From: Dehalococcoidia bacterium
Lineage (GTDB): Bacteria; Chloroflexota; Dehalococcoidia; Lucifugimonadales; UBA3495
DNA length: 64,000 nucleotides
Assembly: GCA_965262735.1 (NCBI GenBank)
Contig: CBDHFS010000002.1
Location: 1,143,217-1,207,216 of the forward strand
Direction: 5' to 3'
In this document: positions 8,849-15,790 of the stretch, piece after piece
Numbering within the stretch: position 1 is the stretch's first letter
Layout: each line of letters opens with the position of its first letter
Translations under genes and position numbers: made by a program
Notes under the pieces: model-generated
Database searches by the model: none
The model's input: only the letters and a program-made list of their open reading frames with translations
Told to the model about the DNA's origin: nothing

Positions 8849-8983
8849 GGGGGAACCACCCCCCACTGACTGCAACCGAATTTACCACACACCGCGCCCC
8901 TCGCTCAACAAGCCCTGTTTGGAAACCCTTCGTCCCCGGTCCCCAAGAGCGCAGGCTCTCAACTTCCGCAACACTCCCTCTAA

Positions 8984-9016
8984 TTCAGGGGGTTTGGGGG
9001 ATGCATCCCCCAACGG
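8984..9016 (+). repeat. Solo hairpin core repeat (loop TGCA)
   Basis: TTCAGGGGGTTTGGGGGATGCATCCCCCAACGG. Abuts the stop codon of the LLM gene. Confidence 0.8.
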
Positions 9017-9024
9017 ACCATCCC

Positions 9025-10206
9025 CTAGTCCGCCGGCTGCGCCATCCGCGCCCCCCGGAACGCCGGCATCACCTCCTGGGCAAAGCGGGTCATCTGCTCC
9101 CGGAACTGCTGCGCCGTCGCTCCCATCGGAAAGCCGATCATCACCTGCTCCAGCCCCGGGTACTTGTCCTCCAACTCCTTCAGGTACTCCACCGTATCCT
9201 CCGGCGTACCGGCCCACCAGGCCCGTTTCTGGATAACGTCCTGGAAGTCCACACCGGCGGCGATATGCCGCGCCGCCCCGCCGGGACCGGTGGCCTCCAT
9301 TTGCCGGTCGTTGTACCGCAGCATCCCCAGGGGAGCGGCAAACTTGACGTGCTCCTCAAACATCGGCTCCAACGCTTCCCGTGCCTTCTCCCTGCTGTCG
9401 TCCAGGTACGACCAGATGCCCAGGGCCAGGTTCTGCCCCAACTCCATGTCCTTTCCCTGCCGCGCGTTGGCCTGCTGGAACCGCCGGATCCATCCGTCCA
9501 CGTACTCCTCGCCGGTGCCCAGGATAACGCCCTTGACACCCCACTTGGCCATGAAGTCGAAGGCCCGGTCGGTGCCGCTGACCACTGGCTGCCATACCTC
9601 CACCGGCAGGTTCAGCGGCCGGGGAACCAGCGTCACCTCCTGCAACTCGTAGCCTCGGTAGGGCACGTTGGGCGGGATGGAGTAGTGGTTGCCCCGGTGG
9701 GTGAAAGCCTCCTGGTTGAAGGCTTTCATAATGATTTCAAACTGTTCCTCGAACAACTCCCGGTTGGCGTCGCCGTCCAGCAAGGGCGCGCCGAAGCTCT
9801 CCACCTCGCGGGTGTGGTACCCGCGGCCGACGCCGAAGACCACCCGCCCGCCGGTGAGAATGTCCACCATGGCGAAGTCCTCGGCCAGCCGGATGGGATG
9901 CCACATAGGCAGGACGTTGAACCCGCACCCGAACTTGATGCGCTTGGTGAACTGGGACAGGTACTGGCTCATAATCAGCAGGTTGGGGATGCACTCGTAC
10001 CCCTCCCGCTGGAAGTGATGCTCGGCCATCCAGAGGATGTCATACCCCAGGTCTTCCATGAGAATGGCGGCTTCTTTAGCGATGTCAAAGGCTTGAATCA
10101 GCCGCTCGTTGGGAAACCAGCGGTCATCGTGAGGCGTACCGGCGAACCCCACGCCCTCCCCCTCCAACACATGACCTGCATACAACGCCGAGAACGTTTT
10201 AATCAT
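9025..10206 (-). CDS. Luciferase-like (LLM class) flavin-dependent oxidoreductase
   Basis: LWMAEHHFQREGYE...GGRVVFGVGRGYH. Start moved to MIKTF (ATG at 10206, GGGGGA upstream), because the longer ORF runs into a MITE. Confidence 0.8.
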   Translation of the reverse strand: MIKTFSALYAGHVLEGEGVGFAGTPHDDRWFPNERLIQAFDIAKEAAILMEDLGYDILWMAEHHFQREGYECIPNLLIMSQYLSQFTKRIKFGCGFNVLPMWHPIRLAEDFAMVDILTGGRVVFGVGRGYHTREVESFGAPLLDGDANRELFEEQFEIIMKAFNQEAFTHRGNHYSIPPNVPYRGYELQEVTLVPRPLNLPVEVWQPVVSGTDRAFDFMAKWGVKGVILGTGEEYVDGWIRRFQQANARQGKDMELGQNLALGIWSYLDDSREKAREALEPMFEEHVKFAAPLGMLRYNDRQMEATGPGGAARHIAAGVDFQDVIQKRAWWAGTPEDTVEYLKELEDKYPGLEQVMIGFPMGATAQQFREQMTRFAQEVMPAFRGARMAQPAD

Positions 10207-10287
10207 GACATCCCCCAATATCGTTTCGTCGCAAGTGATGGTAGAGTAACACTTAGCCCAACCGAGGAAAAGTGCGCGCCGCATCAG

Positions 10288-10431
10288 GTAACAGTTCAGA
10301 CTTGGTGAGATGAATTGGTTTTAGCCAACTTCCACTTTTTTCAGGGGGTTTGGGGGATGAATCCCCCAACGTAACCCAACCCCAATATTCCGCCATCAGC
10401 CACTCCGTTCCCCTCAACCCTGAACAGTTAC
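10288..10431 (+). mobile_element. MITE-like element (short subfamily, 144 bp)
   Basis: Flanking duplication CGCATCAG at 10280-10287 and 10432-10439. Inserted 12 nt upstream of the RBS of the 10452 gene. Confidence 0.9.
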
Positions 10432-10451
10432 CGCATCAGGAGGCCAGAAAC

Positions 10452-10994
10452 ATGACCACTCAGGACTCCGCAGATTCCGTCTCAATTACCGATAAACTCC
10501 GCTTCTGGGAAGAGCAAGACAAAATCAACCAAGAGCTTATTCCCCGGGTAATTCGCCAGCACGAACTCCTCGCCGCCCACATATCTGACCATGAAAACCT
10601 GCCACTAATCGCCGGCAATGCCATCAGTGAGGCCCTGGCCGAAGCTCGCGAGGAGCAGCGACAACAATACGAGGCAGCCCTGGCCGACGTTAACGCCGCA
10701 GCGGCAGAGCAGCGAAGGCAGCACGAGACAGAGTTGGCGGCAGCCAGAGCCGAACGAGAGGAACAGGCGGCGGCACTAGCCGAATTTAAAACCGAAGCGG
10801 AAGAACAAAGCCGCCAGCATCGGGCCGAGCGGGAGGCGGCGAAGGCCGAGCGGGAAGAACAGAGCCGCCAGCACGGGAATGAGGTGGCCGCCTTGCAAGA
10901 GCAGTTGCGTAAAGCCAAGACCTTGCTCATAGGCGTCGCCGCTGGCGCCGTTGGCATATCCGTTATTGCTCTAATCGTGGGCATTGCATTTTAA
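10452..10994 (+). CDS. Coiled-coil, C-terminally membrane-anchored protein of unknown function
   Basis: AGGAGG lies 8 nt upstream of the ATG at 10452. Repetitive AEREEQ/EEQSRQH heptad-like region and a terminal TM helix LLIGVAAGAVGISVIALIVGIAF. Confidence 0.6.
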   Translation: MTTQDSADSVSITDKLRFWEEQDKINQELIPRVIRQHELLAAHISDHENLPLIAGNAISEALAEAREEQRQQYEAALADVNAAAAEQRRQHETELAAARAEREEQAAALAEFKTEAEEQSRQHRAEREAAKAEREEQSRQHGNEVAALQEQLRKAKTLLIGVAAGAVGISVIALIVGIAF

Positions 10995-11012
10995 CGGGAG
11001 AAATAGAGGGGC

Positions 11013-12218
11013 ATGACGATGCAATCATCCAATCTGCTTCCGGCCTTGCGCGAATTGCCGAGCGATGAGTCCGACCAACACCGGTCCTTCCGGGACCACA
11101 TCACCGGCATCGTAAACATGGACCGGGCGATGTATGCCGCCGAATTCGCTTCGGCAGCGTCGTTCGGTATGTGGCGAGTGTTCGTTGATGACGTCTCAAG
11201 GACAAACACGATCTTAGGCACCAATTTTCCGGAAACGGAGATCAACGACTCCTATCTGCAGGCTGCCTACGAGAGGACGGACGTTTTTGACCCTGATATG
11301 AACGTCGTCGAATATTGGCGCGATGCAATGGCTGAAGGTAGTACGGACACTCTTAACGAACTTGGCTGGAAAATGAAAGGCGTAGTTGCAGAGTTTCAAG
11401 CTAGAGACCAACTCAACGAAATTGGGTACGACCTAGAACTTGCCGATAACCCCTACCAGCAAGGTTGGGACCTTCGTGGCACTGACCCAAACGGAGAATA
11501 CGTAGAAATACAGGTCAAAGCCGGGCTCAGTGATAGACAATACGACCGTACCCTGGAAGCCATGCAGGAATCGGACTACCCCTTCATAACGAGTTCCGAC
11601 TTGCACGACAGAATCTCTGAAGACGCTCCAGAATTAGCAGACCGAATAATCGCAGATGTCGGCCCAGACTACGAGCTTGTGGAAGGCATCGAAGATGGTC
11701 TGGCAACCCTCAGCGGAAACATGGGCATCGACGTGCCCGATGGCATCGTGGATATTGTCCCTTACGCTGGCGCGATCTTCGCCGGCGCGCGCCTGATTTA
11801 CAGCGTCATCAAGACCGAAAGGGAATTCAAAGCCGCTGACCGCACCACCAAAAACAAGATTCAGGTTGTCCAGTCCTTGCAGGTAATGTCCCGATTGGGC
11901 ATAAGCGTCACTATGGCAGCAGTAGGCGGGACGGCCGGCACCGCGGCCGGCAGCTTCCTTCCAGGCCTTGGCAACCTGATCGGGGGCATTGGCGGCTCGT
12001 TAGCCGGGGCCGGTATGGGTATGTACCTCAACCGCCACCTGAAACCCCATATGCTCAATCTGGCACTGAACATCACCGGGCTCACAAATGACGACTTGTT
12101 CTACTACAAGAACAGGCCCCGCATCGACGAATTAGCTGCCACCTTCCGGAGAACTTCCAGAGAGCTAACAGCCGCTCCAACGGCTTCATGGCCTCAAATT
12201 CCCGCTGTCACCGGGTGA
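11013..12218 (+). CDS. Hypothetical protein: PD-(D/E)xK-like nuclease-fold motif plus C-terminal glycine-zipper membrane region
   Basis: 401 aa with visibly lower GC (about 47-52% in sampled 60-mers). GVVAEF..(26 aa)..WDLRGTDPNGEYVEIQVKAG resembles YraN/Mrr-type E..D..ExK cores. AAVGGTAGTAAGSFLPGLGNLIGGIGGSLAGAGMGMYL is a glycine zipper. Confidence 0.55.
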   Translation: MTMQSSNLLPALRELPSDESDQHRSFRDHITGIVNMDRAMYAAEFASAASFGMWRVFVDDVSRTNTILGTNFPETEINDSYLQAAYERTDVFDPDMNVVEYWRDAMAEGSTDTLNELGWKMKGVVAEFQARDQLNEIGYDLELADNPYQQGWDLRGTDPNGEYVEIQVKAGLSDRQYDRTLEAMQESDYPFITSSDLHDRISEDAPELADRIIADVGPDYELVEGIEDGLATLSGNMGIDVPDGIVDIVPYAGAIFAGARLIYSVIKTEREFKAADRTTKNKIQVVQSLQVMSRLGISVTMAAVGGTAGTAAGSFLPGLGNLIGGIGGSLAGAGMGMYLNRHLKPHMLNLALNITGLTNDDLFYYKNRPRIDELAATFRRTSRELTAAPTASWPQIPAVTG

Positions 12219-12440
12219 CAAAACCGGACAAAGCCGGACAATCACCGGACAAATTGGGACAAAAACCCTGCCCGCTCACGCTCAAATGTCCGGAATTGTC
12301 CGCTTTTGTCCTGGGTTTCAGACGTTTCGACTGGATGGGTGGTAAATCGGCCTCCTTGGCCGCCGCCGCCTTTACGCCCAAACCCGCCCGAATTAAACTC
12401 CGGGACAGTCCGGGTATGCTGAGGGTTGTACGGTGTACCT
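12207..12440 (-). repeat. GACA/TGTC modular repeat element, copy C (inverted; overlaps the 3' end of CDS 11013..12218)
   Basis: The reverse complement carries CCGGAGTTT, GGACAAAAGCGGACA..CCGGACATTTGAGCGTG and TGTCC(C/G)G words. GACA lies at 12217, 12227, 12237, 12248 and 12258. Confidence 0.75.
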
Positions 12441-12585
12441 TGTCAACGTAATGATATCGAGACCACAGGACTGCCAACCTATCCCAACACCATCTGTACT
12501 ACTCTCCTCTTTCCTCAGTCATCCGTAAATGGGACCATCAAATCCGTCCGTACCGAGGCCCATCGCAGGACTTCCTTACTGACAC

Positions 12586-12743
12586 GTAACAGTTCAGACT
12601 TGGTGAGATGAATTGGTTTCAGCCAACTGCCACTTTTTTCAGGGGGTTTGGGGCAGGGAGTTTGGATGATTTATCCCCCAACGTAACCCAACCCCCATAT
12701 TCCGCCATCAGCCACTTCGCTCCCCTCAACCCTGAACAGTTAC
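12586..12743 (+). mobile_element. MITE-like element (long subfamily, 158 bp)
   Basis: Flanking duplication TACTGACAC at 12577-12585 and 12744-12752. Confidence 0.9.
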
Positions 12744-12852
12744 TACTGACACTTCCCCCTTCCCAACCACGCCACCCATCCTCTACCATAATATTGAACC
12801 CTCGGATTGAACCCGGATTGTTTAATTCGCCTTTCCCGGCTCGCCGGCAAGG

Positions 12853-12978
12853 GCAAATGGGACTATATGAAACAAAATGGGACAGATAAAACATTCCGGC
12901 TTCCAACGGTTCCGTTCCAAACGGGTTGTCCTGCACCACCGGGCGCAAATGACACGAAATGACACGAAATGACACGGT
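12853..12978 (-). repeat. GACA-word repeat fragment, copy E (includes AAATGACACG x3)
   Basis: AAATGGGAC(A) x2, plus a 10-bp x3 tandem at 12947-12976. The reverse complement resembles the unit-2 words of copies A and B. Confidence 0.6.
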
Positions 12979-13044
12979 TTTCAGGAGTCCCAACCTGCGG
13001 CCCCCATGATCCTCTCAAAGGCAGGACGATTGCAAAGTCCCTTC

Positions 13045-13077
13045 AATCGTTCGTCCTGAGGCCCTTGAAGGACTTCC
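13045..13077 (-). repeat. 33-bp hairpin repeat (REP-like family 2)
   Basis: The reverse complement is GGAAGTCCTTCAAGGGCCTCAGGACGAACGATT. Confidence 0.75.
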
Positions 13078-13165
13078 TCGTTGACTCACCCTGGTTCGAC
13101 GGGCTAACCATGCACGGACTCAAAGGACTTTACAATCATCCTGTCTCGAAGGATCGAAGGAACCC

Positions 13166-13238
13166 CGCCTTTACACCCAAACCCGCCTGAATTAAACTCC
13201 GGGACAGTCCGGGTATGTTTCGGGGTTGTACGGTGTAC
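13166..13238 (+). repeat. Direct repeat of 12367-12439 (partial GACA-family module)
   Basis: CGCCTTTACRCCCAAACCCGCCYGAATTAAACTCCGGGACAGTCCGGGTATG..GGTTGTACGGTGTAC is shared with 12367-12439. Confidence 0.8.
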
Positions 13239-13257
13239 TACGGTGTACAATGAGGTT

Positions 13258-13557
13258 ATGAAAGTCATCATCAGAAATCCCCACCGCCGCGAGTTTGAAC
13301 TGGAGGGCAGCCGCCGGGTTGACGCCCTGCTGCGGGAGCTGGACTTGAACCCGGAGCAGGTGCTGGTGGTCCGCAACGACGACCTGCTGACCCGCGACGT
13401 GGTCGTCCGCAACGACGACACCGTGGAGATTGTCACCGCCATCAGCGGCGGCATTGACTTGGGCCGCATTGACTTGGGCCGCATTGACTCGGAAACGGAC
13501 GGCGACGGCGCCGTGGGCATTCAGGGGGTTCCCGTGGGCATTCGGAGGGTTCGATGA
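13258..13557 (+). CDS. ttuB: TtuB/ThiS-like ubiquitin-fold sulfur carrier with a 34-aa extension beyond the GG terminus
   Basis: MKVIIRNP...TVEIVTAISGG (GG at 13447-13452) is a typical ThiS/TtuB end. The ORF then continues IDLGRIDLGRID...VGIQGVPVGIRRVR. The stop overlaps the ttuA start (ATGA). GAGG lies 4 nt upstream of the ATG. Confidence 0.7.
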   Translation: MKVIIRNPHRREFELEGSRRVDALLRELDLNPEQVLVVRNDDLLTRDVVVRNDDTVEIVTAISGGIDLGRIDLGRIDSETDGDGAVGIQGVPVGIRRVR

Positions 13558-14483
13558 GGTGTACCAAGTGCAAGGCAACGGCGTCCATTGAGCTGCGCCG
13601 CCACCACTCCGCCTTCTGCAAGCCCCACTACCTGGAGTTCTTCGACCGGCAGGTGGAGCGGGCCATCCGCCGTCATAAAATGTTCGACCCGGACGACCGC
13701 ATCCTGGTCGGCGTGTCCGGCGGCAAGGACAGCCTCACCCTGTGGGACTACCTGCTGCGCCACGAATACCCCACCACCGGCCTGCACATCCACCTGGGCA
13801 TCGGCGACTACTCCGATACGTCCTATCATCGCACCAAGCGGTTCGCCGAGGGGCGGCAGGCCGACCTGATCACTGTGGACCTGGCCGAGTCCTACGGCAT
13901 GGGCGTCCCCGAGTTGTCCAACGCATTACGGCGGGTCCCCTGCTCCGGCTGCGGCCTGAGCAAGCGGTACATCCTCAACAAGGAAGCCTACGACCGGGAC
14001 TTTACCGTGGTGGCGATGGGCCACAACCTGGACGACGAGGTCGCCACCCTGATGGGCAACGTCCTGCACTGGGAAGTCGGCAGCTTGGCCCGCCAGTCGC
14101 CAGCCCTGCCCTCCAACCGGAACACGCTGGTCAAGCGGGTCAAGCCCCTGTACACCATGACCGAGCGCGAGGTAGCCGCCAACGCCATCCTGCGCGGCAT
14201 AGATTACGTGGATGAGGAATGCCCCAACTCGGTGGGGGCGCGTTCAATCATATACAAGAACGCTTTGGACGACATCGAGGCCAAGTCTCCCGGCACCAAG
14301 CACGGCTTCCTGTCGGTGTTCCTTGACCGCATCCGCCCCATCATGGAAACCTCCCAAGAAGACTTCGACCTGCGTGAGTGCAGCATCTGCGGCCAGGCCA
14401 CCACCGGCGAAGTATGCGCCTTTTGCCGGATGTGGCAAAAGGCGCACGACAAAAAAGGAACCATCCCAATAACCCCTGGATGA
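13554..14483 (+). CDS. ttuA: TtuA/NcsA-type tRNA 2-thiolation PP-loop ATPase
   Basis: N-terminal CxxC...CxxH zinc finger, PP-loop SGGKDS, Fe-S ligands PCSGCG plus ECP, and C-terminal CSIC...CAFC. Confidence 0.85.
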   Translation: MRCTKCKATASIELRRHHSAFCKPHYLEFFDRQVERAIRRHKMFDPDDRILVGVSGGKDSLTLWDYLLRHEYPTTGLHIHLGIGDYSDTSYHRTKRFAEGRQADLITVDLAESYGMGVPELSNALRRVPCSGCGLSKRYILNKEAYDRDFTVVAMGHNLDDEVATLMGNVLHWEVGSLARQSPALPSNRNTLVKRVKPLYTMTEREVAANAILRGIDYVDEECPNSVGARSIIYKNALDDIEAKSPGTKHGFLSVFLDRIRPIMETSQEDFDLRECSICGQATTGEVCAFCRMWQKAHDKKGTIPITPG

Positions 14484-14525
14484 GCGTTCCCCCCTCACCT
14501 CCGGGCCCGTCAGGCGATTCCTCCA

Positions 14526-14558
14526 TTCAGGGGGTTTGGGGGATTCATCCCCCAACGC
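14526..14558 (+). repeat. Solo hairpin core repeat (loop TTCA)
   Basis: TTCAGGGGGTTTGGGGGATTCATCCCCCAACGC. Between convergent genes. Confidence 0.8.
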
Positions 14559-14581
14559 ACCCCGGTTGCAACGGAGGCCGG

Positions 14582-15553
14582 TTACGCTCCCAGAAGCGTT
14601 TCCACGTTCTTCCAAAGGATGGCTTCTTTTTCGGCGTCGGTCAGGCTCTCCAGGCCCAGCACCCAGGACACCGGCCAGTCAATGCACATATCGAAGGGCC
14701 AGTCAGTGCCGAACAACACCTTGTCCACCCCCACGGAGTCGATCAGATAACGCAGCGCTTCTTCGCTGTGGGTCAAGCAATCGTAGTAAAAGCGGTCCAG
14801 GTAGGCGCTGGGCGGCTGCTGAATAAACTCCCGGGCCTCGGGCCGCACCTGCCAGCCCCGGTCCATCCGTCCGATGCCATAGCAGGTGTACCCTCCGCCG
14901 TGGCACAAGCATATCTTCAGGTTAGGATACCGGTCCATCACCCCGCCAAAGACAAAAGATGAGAAAGTTGTCGCGCGGTCGGCCAGGTTGCCAATGGTGT
15001 TGGGCAGGTGGTAGCGGTCTGACCTGGAACTGACGACGGTTGCTCCGCCCTGGTGAATCAGCAGCAGCGCCCCCAGGGACTCGGCCGCCTCCCACAGGGG
15101 CAGGAACTCCGGATCATCGTAGGTCTTGCCGTTTACGTGGTCACCAATCATGGCGCCCTTCAATCCCAGGTCGTTGACCGCGCGTTCAAGCTCGGCCACC
15201 GACGCCGCCACGTCCTGCATCGGCAGGTTGGCCAGCCCGGCGAACCGGTCCGGGCGTTCCCGGGTCAGTTGCGCCACGTAGTCGTTGCATTCCCGGTTCA
15301 TCTCGGCGACCTGCGCCGCATCATAGTCGTAACGGTAAAAATAAGCCCCGGTGGAAAGGACGTGAACGTCCACACCCAGGGAGTCCATATCCTCCAGGCG
15401 CTGCTCCGGCGTCCACAGCGTCCGCGGATTGCCGTAGTGCCCATTCTTGATTTGGGACGGGGACAGGCCATGCCAGTCCTCGCCGGCTCGCATGGCGTCG
15501 AAACATGATTGGGGGGAAATGTGGGCGTGGATGTCAATGGTCCGCATCGTCAA
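14582..15553 (-). CDS. Amidohydrolase_2 family protein (ACMSD-like decarboxylase/hydrolase)
   Basis: IDIHAHISP...LIHQGG...CHGGG...FGTDWPF. Confidence 0.8.
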   Translation of the reverse strand: MTMRTIDIHAHISPQSCFDAMRAGEDWHGLSPSQIKNGHYGNPRTLWTPEQRLEDMDSLGVDVHVLSTGAYFYRYDYDAAQVAEMNRECNDYVAQLTRERPDRFAGLANLPMQDVAASVAELERAVNDLGLKGAMIGDHVNGKTYDDPEFLPLWEAAESLGALLLIHQGGATVVSSRSDRYHLPNTIGNLADRATTFSSFVFGGVMDRYPNLKICLCHGGGYTCYGIGRMDRGWQVRPEAREFIQQPPSAYLDRFYYDCLTHSEEALRYLIDSVGVDKVLFGTDWPFDMCIDWPVSWVLGLESLTDAEKEAILWKNVETLLGA

Positions 15554-15790
15554 AATCTGCTCCTGTCTTGGTTTGCTGTCTTGGTTTCCCGTCTTAGTTT
15601 GATGGACGGCCCAAAATCAGGCCGCCAGGTTATCGGTCAGGCCAGGTTATCAATCAGGGATCGGGCCAACAAAATCCCCCATGCTCTTTCATTGACCGGG
15701 CAATGGGGGACTGTCGTTTCCGTTCGTCCCCCGTTTTTACGGAAGACCGGCTGGGGCCTTGGAATGACTTCTAAATTAACTGGCGTAACG

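Noticed and set aside
8731-10308. 525-aa plus-strand ORF, and similar long antisense ORFs (18081..19352, 30480..31820, 32759..34147, 15509..16726).
   Set aside because: All lie antisense to genes with strong family signatures. This one also starts inside a MITE copy, and its composition is Pro/Arg/Gly/His-rich.
10350-10451. ORF segments translating as MGDESPNVTQPPYSAI(S/G)HS.PLNPEQL, seen in many six-frame ORFs (e.g. 10350, 8731, 12608, 60697-61164, 51174-51470).
   Set aside because: These are translations of the MITE-like repeat. They occur in both orientations and in intergenic positions, so true gene starts were moved downstream of the element.
13243-13257. Upstream ATG (MYNEV..) as the ttuB start.
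   Set aside because: The second ATG at 13258 has a GAGG 4 nt upstream and gives the canonical MKVI.. beta-grasp N-terminus. The upstream ATG lies within the repeat module.
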